A DNA stretch of 64,000 nucleotides from an uncultured Pseudomonadales bacterium (GTDB taxonomy: Bacteria > Patescibacteriota > Microgenomatia > UBA1400 > PJMF01): the NCBI GenBank assembly GCA_964449995.1, contig CAYVBW010000001.1, positions 1,618 to 65,617 of the forward strand, written 5' to 3'. The notes under the pieces are model-generated. The model saw only the letters and a program-made list of their open reading frames with translations, did no database searches and was not told the origin of the DNA. The position numbers were made by a program, and so were the translations under genes. This document shows, in pieces, positions 30,458-39,856 of the stretch. Positions within the stretch are counted from its first letter, which is position 1. Every line of letters begins with the position of its first letter.

Positions 30458-30605
30458 AATTCGCAAATTAGTATTGGTAATAAATAAGAGCTCATTTCTA
30501 ATTTGCTTCACCCCGAGCGCACTTTGTCTTGTTCCGCTCCCTCGTCCCGCTTAGCGGGATGGCGAGAGGACGGGAGGACAGGCTGGCGTGGTATATAATC
30601 AGAAT
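30458..30605 (+). repeat. Structured intergenic repeat, copy A
   Basis: AATTCGCAAATTAGTATTGGTAATAAATAAGAGCTCATTTCT...GGTATATAATCAGAAT; internal hairpin TCCCGCTTAGCGGGA. Confidence 0.85.
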
Positions 30606-30662
30606 TAACCAAATTTAAACCACACTATTTAGTATTCTAATATAAATTCTCCTGATAAAAAG

Positions 30663-31763
30663 CTATTTTTCAGCCAAACTGTAGGTTACACCCTTGGTAA
30701 CTCCATGTTTTTTAACCACACCTTTTTCTAACAAATCTTTCAAGTCTCGAAGAATGGTATCAATAGAAACATTAGGTAATAAGTCTTGGGCATCACTAGA
30801 AGTAATTTCTCCTTGATCCTGAAGTAATTCTAAAATAACGATTTGTCTTTCTGACAAAGCTACTTGACGGCCCAACTCTTTTTTCATTTTCAAATCCTTT
30901 GAAAGCTTGAGAACCTTTTCTTTCACCTTATCTACCTCAACTGCCAATCCATAACAAAAATACTCCAACCAATAAGTCATGTCAGCGTTTTCATTTTGCT
31001 GAACAGATTGGAGGGCACTGTAATAACTTTCAACCGCACTGTCAAAATACTCCTCCAAAGAAAAGAATCTCTTAAAATCATAGCCAGTGGCATAAAGAAC
31101 CAATGATGTCATAGCCCGTGCAGTACGTCCATTCCCTTCAATAAAAGGATGAATGTAAACCAACTGATAATGCGTGATAGCTGCTTTAAAAATCGAATGA
31201 ATCTTTTTTGACTCAGAATGGTTAAGCCATTTGAAAAAATCTTCAACTAAGTACGGTACCTCCACCGATACCGGCGGTCTAAATACCACTTTTCCAGCTG
31301 CCTCACCTGCACCCTTAACAATAACTTGCTTACGCCGATAGTAGCCAATTTGATCCTCAATTAAAAGTTTGTTCATGGTTAAGACATGGAGATGCTTGAG
31401 AGTTTTTTCTGAAAATAAATCTGAAACATTTTTTTGACCCTGTTCGTCAATCCATTTAATTACGTTGCGATAATTCAAAACCTCCTGCACATCTCTTTCT
31501 CGAGCAATAATGCCTGCTTTTTTAGCAGCCTCCTCTGGATCATCAATCAAATCAAGTCTAGCAACTCGCTGGGCTTGATCTTGGGTTAGGTCATTACCCT
31601 CTATTTTGGTCCCAAAATGTATGGTGCGAGCCATAGCATCTTTTTTAAACTTCGCCTCCCAAGCTGGCACCAAAGGCGAGTGGTCAATTAAAGCCTTAGC
31701 AGATTCAATAGAGCTCACATAGGTAAGTAAATTGGTAGTAATTTGAAAATTTGGCTTGAACAT
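30663..31763 (-). CDS. Fic family protein with C-terminal winged HTH
   Basis: HPFIEGNGRTAR; N-terminal TKIEGN inhibitory-type motif; DTILRDLKDL HTH. Confidence 0.93.
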   Translation of the reverse strand: MFKPNFQITTNLLTYVSSIESAKALIDHSPLVPAWEAKFKKDAMARTIHFGTKIEGNDLTQDQAQRVARLDLIDDPEEAAKKAGIIARERDVQEVLNYRNVIKWIDEQGQKNVSDLFSEKTLKHLHVLTMNKLLIEDQIGYYRRKQVIVKGAGEAAGKVVFRPPVSVEVPYLVEDFFKWLNHSESKKIHSIFKAAITHYQLVYIHPFIEGNGRTARAMTSLVLYATGYDFKRFFSLEEYFDSAVESYYSALQSVQQNENADMTYWLEYFCYGLAVEVDKVKEKVLKLSKDLKMKKELGRQVALSERQIVILELLQDQGEITSSDAQDLLPNVSIDTILRDLKDLLEKGVVKKHGVTKGVTYSLAEK

Positions 31764-31978
31764 AAAAAATTTGGGTTTCTATTTATGTATTTTAAGCGAT
31801 TTTTGCAAAATTTGCAGGATTAAATTTTATCTTAAATACTTCACGCTTGCCATTCATTGCTTCCCACGAGAATAATAAATTTAAAACTTTATAATTGAAA
31901 AAATATGCTCAATGTCAGCATGCGATATAATGCATATAGTCAAAAAGGTGTTAAGTAGCTAAAAATTAATAAATTAAA

Positions 31979-32275
31979 ATGTCAAAAATTAAAACTCCAG
32001 ATAAAATTGAGAATTTGCCTTTAGCCATTATCCAAAATATGATCGCTCTTGCCACTAGCGGTTTTGGCTTGGTGGTTGCTCTTGCCTGGAACGAATTAAT
32101 TAGAACAACGATCACAGAATATTTAACCCCCATTATTGGCACTGGCGGTGGAATTATTTCTCTTTTTATTTATGCTGTTGTTGTTACTGTTTTAGCAGTC
32201 CTAGTTACAATGCAGCTTTCTAAAATTGAAAAAAGAATAAAAAAAGCCAGTGAAGAAGAATTGGCTGCAAAATAA
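31979..32275 (+). CDS. Small two-TM protein (DUF5654-like)
   Basis: ATSGFGLVVALAWNE, YAVVVTVLAV. Confidence 0.8.
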   Translation: MSKIKTPDKIENLPLAIIQNMIALATSGFGLVVALAWNELIRTTITEYLTPIIGTGGGIISLFIYAVVVTVLAVLVTMQLSKIEKRIKKASEEELAAK

Positions 32276-32492
32276 ATTCGCAAATTAGTATTAGTAATAA
32301 ATATGAGCTCATTTCTGAGGGGTTACACCCCTCAGCATTTTGTCTTGCTTTGCAAGATCAAAGCCTGCTCCCCTGTCGCTTTAAGGGGTATTAGACCCTT
32401 AAAGCTCCACTAGGGGGAATCCCCCTAGAACCCCCATTCTGATTTGTTCCTCCTACTAAACGGAACAAGCTGTCGGGGTATATAATCAGAAT
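32275..32492 (+). repeat. Structured intergenic repeat, copy B (longest)
   Basis: Same ends as copy A; hairpins CTGAGGGG/CCCCTCAG, TCTTGC/GCAAGA, CTTTAAGGG/CCCTTAAAG, CTAGGGGG/CCCCCTAG, ATTCTGATT/AATCAGAAT. Confidence 0.9.
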
Positions 32493-32527
32493 AAATAAAA
32501 AATTTCAACAATTAGTAGAACCCTGCC

Positions 32528-33457
32528 TTGAACAAAACTCAAATTCAGCATTATTTAACAGATCTCAATCTACCAAGTCCTGGGTCCCACAAAGGACAAA
32601 ATGGAAAACTGCTGATTATAGGTGGCTCCGAATTATTTCATGCTGCTAGTCGCTGGAGTTTAGATATTGCCTCTAAGCTCGTAGACATGATCTTTTATAC
32701 TTCGGTTCCCAGCAATAACCAGCTTATTCTAGAAGCAAAAAAAAATTTTTGGAATGGTATTGTGGTGGCAAGAGAAGATTTGGAGGACTATATTCATGAA
32801 GCTGATTGCATCTTAATTGGCCCAGGTATGATGCGCCATCAGTTAGACGCTAAGCCTGAAAATGATAACAGGGAATATTACTTAAACAATTCGCCAACAC
32901 TACAAGAATGGCAGGATAACACTCAGAAAATTGTTAACTATTTATTGTCCAAATATCCAAATAAAAAATGGGTTATAGATGCTGGAGCCTTGCAAATGAT
33001 GAATCCTAATTTACTTACCAATACATGCATCATAACCCCCCACCTTAAAGAGCTAAAAATTGTTATCAACAAACTTGGCCAAGAGCAAAGAGTTAAATTC
33101 AGCCAAAATGATCTTAACTCCATGAGTAGTTTAAGTTTATTAAACAAATTACTTAACAATGCCCTCATTTTGCTTAAAGGACAAGCAGATGTAATCACTC
33201 ATGGTCAAGAAACTTACGAAATTAAAGGCGGCAACGCTGGCATGACCAAAGGAGGAACGGGGGATGTTTTGGCTGGCTTGGTTGCGGGACTTTATACCAC
33301 CAACCAAATTTTGCCTAGCGCTATCGTAGCTAGCTATATTAATAAAATAGCGGGCGAAATTTTATATCAAAGCGTTGGTCCGTTTTACAATGCCTCAGAT
33401 TTACTAAACACTATTCCCAGAATGTTGTGGGAAGAACTAAAACAAGCTAATTCTTAA
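32528..33457 (+). CDS. nnrD: ADP-dependent NAD(P)H-hydrate dehydratase
   Basis: HKGQNG..IIGGS, IGPG, IDAGAL, ITPH..E, GGTGDVLAG. Confidence 0.9.
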   Translation: MNKTQIQHYLTDLNLPSPGSHKGQNGKLLIIGGSELFHAASRWSLDIASKLVDMIFYTSVPSNNQLILEAKKNFWNGIVVAREDLEDYIHEADCILIGPGMMRHQLDAKPENDNREYYLNNSPTLQEWQDNTQKIVNYLLSKYPNKKWVIDAGALQMMNPNLLTNTCIITPHLKELKIVINKLGQEQRVKFSQNDLNSMSSLSLLNKLLNNALILLKGQADVITHGQETYEIKGGNAGMTKGGTGDVLAGLVAGLYTTNQILPSAIVASYINKIAGEILYQSVGPFYNASDLLNTIPRMLWEELKQANS

Positions 33458-33477
33458 AAACTGCTTACTTTAACTAA

Positions 33478-34608
33478 CTAACTCTTTTGTAGCACTTCAG
33501 CCAACCTAATTACCTCAACTTGTCCAAGTTTTTGTTCAACCTCTTTTACCAAGTCTTGATTTACTGTCGTAATAATGATTTGCTCCCCATCAATTAAGTC
33601 CAATACTTTTTCTCTGTTGTCTTTGTCTAACTCAGAAAGAATATCATCTAAAATCAGGATTGGTAATTTATTTGTTTTGTGTTTTAAATAAACTAATTCT
33701 GCTTTTTTTAACCAAATGACGCCCATTCTTTTTTGTCCCCTAGAACCGTAGGCATCCAATGCTTTGTAGCTAGAAGCCCCATCTTCTCCAAGTTGCAAAT
33801 CCAACATAACCTCAAAATCATCTTTATGGGGACCTATCAGGGTAAATCCTGTTGCTATTTCAGCTGTCCTATGATCTTGAATTCTTTTTTTACTAATCAA
33901 TGAGGGTTTGTAATTAATTTTCATCGGCAGTGGCTGCTCAACCTGGGAATTGACAAATTTTATTAAACTTCTGCGCCTCTTTTGCAATCGCTCTCCGTGC
34001 TTTGTTAACGCCATATCCCAATAAGTTAGCACCTCTTGGTCCTGTTTGTTTTCCTTAATTAAAGACAAAAGTCTATTACGGCGCCTTAAAGCTTTATTGT
34101 ACTTATCCAAAGAGGTGCTGTATTCATAATCTGTTAACACTAACAAAGAATCTAAATAGTCCCGACGTCTACCTGGTGAACCCTCAATTAACCTCATGTC
34201 TTCAGGTCTAAAAACCACAGTTAACAACTGGCCCACAAATTTCTTTTTCTGCCTACGATTATCATTAACGCTAAACAGCAGTTTGCGCGTTCTTTTGCCA
34301 TTAACTTCTCCCCTAGTAATCAAGGCAGCCAAAACTAACTCATCAGCTATTTCTAAATTTTCTTTAAAAGAGGAAATATTATCATGAATTTTAGCCCTCA
34401 CTCTTCCCAAATCGCGATCGATTTGAATCATTTCTTCAATTTTGCCGGCTCTAAAACTCTGACCAATCGATAATAACCGAATTGCCTCCACAACCGAACT
34501 TTTTCCCATAGCATTTGGGGCAATCAAGACAGTTGTCTGTCGCTTAAATTCCAACAATAATTCTGAGAATAAACGAAAGTTCTTTAATTGTAGCTTGCTA
34601 ATAAGCAT
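33478..34608 (-). CDS. recF: DNA replication and repair protein RecF
   Basis: NFR, NAMGKS, GSPGRRRDYLD, GPHKDD, GSRGQ, LDDILSELD. Confidence 0.93.
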   Translation of the reverse strand: MLISKLQLKNFRLFSELLLEFKRQTTVLIAPNAMGKSSVVEAIRLLSIGQSFRAGKIEEMIQIDRDLGRVRAKIHDNISSFKENLEIADELVLAALITRGEVNGKRTRKLLFSVNDNRRQKKKFVGQLLTVVFRPEDMRLIEGSPGRRRDYLDSLLVLTDYEYSTSLDKYNKALRRRNRLLSLIKENKQDQEVLTYWDMALTKHGERLQKRRRSLIKFVNSQVEQPLPMKINYKPSLISKKRIQDHRTAEIATGFTLIGPHKDDFEVMLDLQLGEDGASSYKALDAYGSRGQKRMGVIWLKKAELVYLKHKTNKLPILILDDILSELDKDNREKVLDLIDGEQIIITTVNQDLVKEVEQKLGQVEVIRLAEVLQKS

Positions 34609-34627
34609 TTATGGATTTAAAAAATAT

Positions 34628-34978
34628 TTAATAGTTATTGCCAGAGCTTAAAGAGAGCCTAAATCTAAATAGTAAATAAAGCAATAAAATCTGCCAATAA
34701 ACAACAAAAATTACCAACCAGGTTGTAAAAAAGGAATAAAGAGCAAATACCAATGGAGTTTGTGGCAAAGTTAATACAGAAAGAAAAAAAGTGATCAAAG
34801 GGAAGAGAACAGCTTTAGACAAAACAATCAACAGCCCCAAAAAAATTACTGGCATCAAAGCGATCCAAATAAAAGTTTTTTGTACAACTAATATTTGCAT
34901 TGTTTGGTAGGGGTGAAGTAGTAAACCTAAAGAAAATCTAAACAAAGCATAAATATAAGACAAAATAAAGTTTTTCAT
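34628..34978 (-). CDS. Hypothetical membrane protein
   Basis: Very hydrophobic, HPYQTM motif. Confidence 0.7.
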   Translation of the reverse strand: MKNFILSYIYALFRFSLGLLLHPYQTMQILVVQKTFIWIALMPVIFLGLLIVLSKAVLFPLITFFLSVLTLPQTPLVFALYSFFTTWLVIFVVYWQILLLYLLFRFRLSLSSGNNY

Positions 34979-34988
34979 AATTTTTTAA

Positions 34989-35237
34989 CTAAAGATATTT
35001 CAATACAAACTCAACAAACAGTGAGGTAATTAGTGAAAAAAATAGTAAAGTTTGCCAAGGATAGTAGATAATTAAGTCAATAAATTTTTCTAAATTTTTG
35101 GGTAAAGAAGAAATTTGTTCTAGATATGCCTGAGTTGCTGCTTGCTGCTGAAGCTTATCTAAAAGTTGAGATTTTTTTATTAGATCAGCATTAATAGTGG
35201 CATCGCCATGTTTTTCTAAAGAAGCTGGTTGTTTCAT
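34989..35237 (-). CDS. Small protein with C-terminal TM
   Basis: 82-aa ORF, YPWQ followed by TM. Confidence 0.6.
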   Translation of the reverse strand: MKQPASLEKHGDATINADLIKKSQLLDKLQQQAATQAYLEQISSLPKNLEKFIDLIIYYPWQTLLFFSLITSLFVEFVLKYL

Positions 35238-35282
35238 TAATAAACTCGTTAGTAGAATTAAGGTAGTTATTATTGATAGTTA

Positions 35283-35453
35283 ACTCGTTTCTAAGGGGCC
35301 ATCGCCCCTCAGCGTTTTGTCTTGCTTTGCAAGAACAAAGCCTGCTCCCCTGTGACTTGAAAAAAATGATATTCAAGTCACACCAGGGGTAATCCCCCTT
35401 GAAACCCCCATTTTGATTAATCACTCGCAGCAAGCTACGAGGTTAATCAAAAT
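35283..35453 (+). repeat. Structured intergenic repeat, copy C
   Basis: Shares CCCCTCAGC.TTTTGTCTTGCTTTGCAAGA.CAAAGCCTGCTCCCCTGT and AATCCCCCT..AACCCCCATT with copy B; different internal hairpins. Confidence 0.88.
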
Positions 35454-35529
35454 AACTCTCCAGAAATAATTATATCTCAAGAAGGCTGAGAATGCGAACT
35501 TTGAATTTGTTTAAAACAGGCCAAGTCCA

Positions 35530-36066
35530 CTAGTCAATAGTGGCATAAATTTCTTTAAAACTTTCCCTGGCACGATAGAGATCTGACTCAACTGATTTAA
35601 AAGTTTTACCCATAATTCTTGCGATCTGCCTCACCCCCATGCCATCCACATACTTCATCAACAATAAACTCTTTCTTCTATCCAACATCTTGTTGAGTGC
35701 TTGTTTGACTTTAAGTTCCACCTCGCTACTCTCTTGAATTTTTTCGCTGAGCAGGGACTTGCCCAACGGTAAAATCTGAATCGCTTTTTTAGCATATTTT
35801 TTACGATAATAATCAGCAATTTCATGACGTAAAACAGCCATCATCCAAGTCTTTAAGCTGGAATCGCAACGAAAAACATGAATTTTCTTTAAACAATTGA
35901 TCATGGTTTCTTGGACCACATCTTCAACGTCGCGAAAACTACCAATTTTATTTTGAGCTAAAGAGAAAAGTTGAGGATAATAATGATCAAACCAATATTT
36001 AACAGCTTGAGGATCACCGTTTTTTAATCGCTGCACCAATCTTTTTTCAGAAATTTCTTTTTGCAT
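35530..36066 (-). CDS. ECF-type RNA polymerase sigma factor
   Basis: EDVVQE, LKTWM..RH..DYYRK region 2; VESDLYRAR region 4. Confidence 0.9.
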   Translation of the reverse strand: MQKEISEKRLVQRLKNGDPQAVKYWFDHYYPQLFSLAQNKIGSFRDVEDVVQETMINCLKKIHVFRCDSSLKTWMMAVLRHEIADYYRKKYAKKAIQILPLGKSLLSEKIQESSEVELKVKQALNKMLDRRKSLLLMKYVDGMGVRQIARIMGKTFKSVESDLYRARESFKEIYATID

Positions 36067-36310
36067 TTTTTTCGAGTAAATATTTGATCAAATTTGCGCT
36101 CAACACAGCTTTATTTTTGAATTGCAGAAACTGTATTTAATCACAACCTATTACTTTTATAAAGAAAGCTATTTTTATAAAGATAGCTAAAAATGCTCCT
36201 AAAAGCCTAACTTCAAACCGATCTCGCTCTTTTAAAACCTACATCACACACATTACAAAAGCCTAGCAGACCACCCTTTTATCAAGACTAATTTAATAAT
36301 TAAACAGAAT

Positions 36311-36697
36311 ATGTTATTATTATCAATAATTATGAGACCTTTTCTTCATTCTATTGTTAATAACCAGCTTATTTCACAGCAAAACCAAAATGAAGCAACG
36401 CCCATTAAACTCACTGATTACCTCACTCTCAGGGGAGGAGAATCAATTGCGGATGTATACGATCAACCGGCAAAAATTGTTAATTTAATTGTTAGCAATT
36501 TGTTTGTTGTAGCTGGAATTATTATCTTTTTTTTAATTATTGGAGCTGGATTTAGTTTTATTAAAGGCTCAAGCCAAGGTAAAGAAGAGGCGAAAAATCT
36601 TTTAACTGGAGCTGTTATCGGTTTTTTAATTATGTTTTCTGCCTACTGGATCATTCAAATTATTAAATTTGTGACTGGTGCAGATATACCAATTTAA
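36311..36697 (+). CDS. T4SS-type (VirB2/TrbC-like) pilin 1 (start may be 36332)
   Basis: TM-GFSFIKGSSQGKEEAKNLLTGAVIGFLI-TM hairpin. Confidence 0.8.
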   Translation: MLLLSIIMRPFLHSIVNNQLISQQNQNEATPIKLTDYLTLRGGESIADVYDQPAKIVNLIVSNLFVVAGIIIFFLIIGAGFSFIKGSSQGKEEAKNLLTGAVIGFLIMFSAYWIIQIIKFVTGADIPI

Positions 36698-36748
36698 GTA
36701 AAATTAAATAATCCTGCCATGATAAATGAAGTTGGCAAATAATTTATA

Positions 36749-37333
36749 ATGAAAAAAATACCTCTTTTTTTTAAAAAAATCACACAAAACTATTCAAAGC
36801 TTTTCCTAATAGTTTTTGCACTACTATTATTTTTTTCCTCTAAGTTGTTGGTAAATGACACATTTGCTTCTGGTAATAATTGTCACTGTGTATGTGATGC
36901 GAGAGGGCGTGATTGTTCTTGGATGGGCCCAGATTGCGGATACTACCAAGGTCGTCTTTGTGAGGCGGGTGATGTGTTTGGAGAGAGTATTTTTGGCACA
37001 ATTCAGCCCCCTGCAGGAGTAAGAGAAATTCAAGAAGAAGTGGGGGCTGGAAACATTGGCATTATTTTATTTGCATCAAACCTAGTAAGACTAGTAACTG
37101 TGGCTGCAGGCATTTGGGTTATGTTTAATTTTATCTCAGCCGGGTGGATTTATATCACATCAGGCGGAGATGCCTCAGCTCACGAAAAAGTATCTGAGAA
37201 AATAACCCAGAGTCTTATAGGCTTAGCCATAGTGGCACTAGCTTATACTATTGCCGGACTTATCGGTCTTTTGATTTTTGGAGATGCCAGCTTTATTCTT
37301 AGGCCCACCTTAACCGGGGTTGGCCAATTTTAA
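36749..37333 (+). CDS. T4SS-type pilin 2 with Cys-rich N-terminal insert
   Basis: YITSGGDASAHEKVSEKITQSLIGL; six Cys after the signal peptide. Confidence 0.85.
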   Translation: MKKIPLFFKKITQNYSKLFLIVFALLLFFSSKLLVNDTFASGNNCHCVCDARGRDCSWMGPDCGYYQGRLCEAGDVFGESIFGTIQPPAGVREIQEEVGAGNIGIILFASNLVRLVTVAAGIWVMFNFISAGWIYITSGGDASAHEKVSEKITQSLIGLAIVALAYTIAGLIGLLIFGDASFILRPTLTGVGQF

Positions 37334-37344
37334 ATTAACAACTT

Positions 37345-37743
37345 ATGAATATATTTTTAAAAATTCTTAATTATTCAGTGTCATTTTCTAGTCAATTTGG
37401 TAATGGATTTCAGCCACCCACAGATGTCTATACCCAAGGCGCTGACGACAGTGGGGAGGTGGTAAATATCTTGACTAATTTTCTTTCTAATTTAATTGGT
37501 CTTCTAACAATCTTTGGGGCTCTGTTTTTCATTGTTAACTTTTTCTTAGGAGCCCTTGCTTGGATTTCAGCTGGTGATGACTCGGGTAAAGTGGAAAAAG
37601 CGAGAACAAAAATAATGCATGGAGTGTTGGGGCTGATTATAATCGTCCTTGCTTATTCAATTATCGGACTTATTGGACAAATTATTGGCATTGACTTAAT
37701 TAATTTAGGAGAAACAATAGAGCAGGTTGTACCAACTTTATAA
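37345..37743 (+). CDS. T4SS-type pilin 3
   Basis: WISAGDDSGKVEKARTKIMHGVLGL. Confidence 0.85.
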   Translation: MNIFLKILNYSVSFSSQFGNGFQPPTDVYTQGADDSGEVVNILTNFLSNLIGLLTIFGALFFIVNFFLGALAWISAGDDSGKVEKARTKIMHGVLGLIIIVLAYSIIGLIGQIIGIDLINLGETIEQVVPTL

Positions 37744-37781
37744 AAATGTAAAATTTAAATAATGCTTAATAATATACAAAT

Positions 37782-38216
37782 ATGACACAACACTTTTCTA
37801 TTTTAAATAAATTAATTACCAAACCAATCCAAGCAAGCAATGGCAGGCTTTTTAATCCCGTTATTGGAAGGTTAGGAGATGACCCTGACGCAGCCAGCAC
37901 AGGTAATTTGTTTTTAACTTATGCTATTCATCTGTGGAGAATAGCAATTAATATCGGAGCCTTAATAGTTTTGGCTTTTTACATAGTTGCCGCCTATGAG
38001 TGGCTAACCAGCGGCAGCGACACTCAAGGAGTTGAAAAAGCGCGCAAAAGATTTGTGAACGCCACCATTGGTTTGATTTTATTGGTGGGGTCTTTTGCCA
38101 TCATAGCCTTTATCAGCAATTTATTGTTTGGTGAAGACTTTAATTTACTACACTTAACCTTCCCAGTTGGCCAAAGCACAGCGCCAACAACACCAATTCA
38201 TAATACTGGGATATAA
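37782..38216 (+). CDS. T4SS-type pilin 4
   Basis: WLTSGSDTQGVEKARKRFVNATIGL. Confidence 0.85.
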   Translation: MTQHFSILNKLITKPIQASNGRLFNPVIGRLGDDPDAASTGNLFLTYAIHLWRIAINIGALIVLAFYIVAAYEWLTSGSDTQGVEKARKRFVNATIGLILLVGSFAIIAFISNLLFGEDFNLLHLTFPVGQSTAPTTPIHNTGI

Positions 38217-38260
38217 CTAAAAAATCAGCTTAATTTTTTCAAAAAAAAGAAAAAAATAAC

Positions 38261-38635
38261 ATGACAAGCAAAACCACAAACTCATTAGCCTCAATTGAGT
38301 TTGATATCGGTCAAGAAGGCAGAGAACAACTCCCTTTTGGTGAAACTGTGGTCACAGAAGGTGGTGGAGCCAGCGCTGTTTCCAGCTTCATCAGCAACTT
38401 ATTAAGAATAAGCATTGTTGTTGCTGCCCTCATTCTTCTCTTTAATTTAATTTTTGCCGGTTTTGAATGGCTTTCTTCTGGAGGAGATAGCAGTAAAATT
38501 GAAAAAGCGCGCACCAGAATGACTCAGTCAATTATTGGCTTTGTAATACTATTTGCCGTAATTGCTATCTTTACTTTCATCCAAGATTTACTTGGGATAA
38601 ACGTTATTACCTTTACCACTGAAGGTGGTGGTTAA
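38261..38635 (+). CDS. T4SS-type pilin 5
   Basis: WLSSGGDSSKIEKARTRMTQSIIGF. Confidence 0.85.
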   Translation: MTSKTTNSLASIEFDIGQEGREQLPFGETVVTEGGGASAVSSFISNLLRISIVVAALILLFNLIFAGFEWLSSGGDSSKIEKARTRMTQSIIGFVILFAVIAIFTFIQDLLGINVITFTTEGGG

Positions 38636-38730
38636 CCCATTCCGCCTCCAGAGGGTGGGGGTGGAGGAGAAGTAAGACCTCCAGTATATAAATTTTAAAT
38701 AAATTTAAAATAGAAATTAAAAGCCCTATT

Positions 38731-38760
38731 TTGACATTTATTTTAAAAACCTGATACAAT
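38731..38760 (+). promoter_or_regulatory. Sigma70 promoter for pilin 6
   Basis: TTGACA-18 nt-TACAAT with TG extension; AAGGAG before ATG 38808. Confidence 0.75.
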
Positions 38761-38807
38761 ATCAACAACAATTATCAATAATCATCAAATTAATTAAAGG
38801 AGAAAAA

Positions 38808-39209
38808 ATGAATAAAATTAAACAAATTGCTATAGGAGCCGGATCAGCCATTAGCGGAGCGTTGCTGACCGTCAATCCAGTTTTGGCTCAAGAAACCGAA
38901 GTTAAGGTTGAAGTACCCGATGCCTTTGATATAAGTGTGGGCGATCTTTTAACAACTCTTTTGAATTTAGTTTTAGTCATAGCTGCAATTTTGGTTTTTG
39001 CCTACTTGATTTGGGGTGGAATTGAGTGGATTACCTCTGGTGGTGATAAGAGCAAAACAGAGTCAGCCAGAAATAAAATCACAGCTGCCATTGTAGGGCT
39101 GGTGGTTTTGGTTGCCTCCTATGCCATCTTGCAATTAGTCTTGCAAATCCTTGGGATTCAAGGTGGGTTTGAGGGTATGCTTAACTTTGCTACCATAGGT
39201 GCAAAATAA
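38808..39209 (+). CDS. T4SS-type pilin 6, probable major subunit
   Basis: Signal peptide (VLA-Q), WITSGGDKSKTESARNKITAAIVGL; own promoter, SD and terminator. Confidence 0.88.
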   Translation: MNKIKQIAIGAGSAISGALLTVNPVLAQETEVKVEVPDAFDISVGDLLTTLLNLVLVIAAILVFAYLIWGGIEWITSGGDKSKTESARNKITAAIVGLVVLVASYAILQLVLQILGIQGGFEGMLNFATIGAK

Positions 39210-39233
39210 TGTCCTTTTAAATAAGCACACAAC

Positions 39234-39264
39234 AAAAAAAACCCTCTGTTAAAGAGGGTTTTTT
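39234..39264 (+). terminator. Intrinsic terminator (bidirectional form)
   Basis: A-run, ACCCTCT-GTTAA-AGAGGGT, T-run. Confidence 0.85.
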
Positions 39265-39354
39265 AATAAATTACAGCCGACTTTCCCATTTTTGCTTAAA
39301 AAATAATATAATAAGTCATTAATAAATAATTTGATACATCAGCACTCCTAATTT

Positions 39355-39807
39355 ATGAAAAAAATCATTAAATTTATTAAAATCTTTTGTTTTTTTGCTA
39401 TTATTTTTTTTGTCAGCACCAACAAAACCTTTGCCCAAACCAGAGTTTGGGAAAGTATTAATCAACATTGTGTTGTTGATGGCGTTGCCACTATCCAGGG
39501 TGTATCTTGCTTGATTGCTAATGTTTTATCAGTTGCTCTCACAGTCATTGGTCTGGCTGGATTCATCATGCTAATAGTTGGCTCCTTAAAATGGCTCTTG
39601 TCAGGAGGCAGCTCTCAAAATGTAGACAGCGCTAAAAAAACCATGACTTATGCCGTGGTTGGACTGGTAGTAGCGCTTAGCTCATTTATGATAATCAATC
39701 TAATTGCTCAGTTTACTGGAGTCAATGTTATTACTGAGTTCTTTATTCCTGGAAGCGATACCGGTCTTGAGGGAGGTCCACAATGGGAAGATGTGGGTCG
39801 ACTGTAG
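39355..39807 (+). CDS. T4SS-type pilin 7
   Basis: Signal peptide (TFA-Q), C..VATIQGVSC, WLLSGGSSQNVDSAKKTMTYAVVGL. Confidence 0.85.
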   Translation: MKKIIKFIKIFCFFAIIFFVSTNKTFAQTRVWESINQHCVVDGVATIQGVSCLIANVLSVALTVIGLAGFIMLIVGSLKWLLSGGSSQNVDSAKKTMTYAVVGLVVALSSFMIINLIAQFTGVNVITEFFIPGSDTGLEGGPQWEDVGRL

Positions 39808-39856
39808 CTAAATAACCCAGTCAACGCTTTTGTTCTCACCAGATTCTGCTAACGCC

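Noticed and set aside
35191-35433. 80-aa ORF
   Set aside because: Lies over structured repeat copy C and overlaps the next gene
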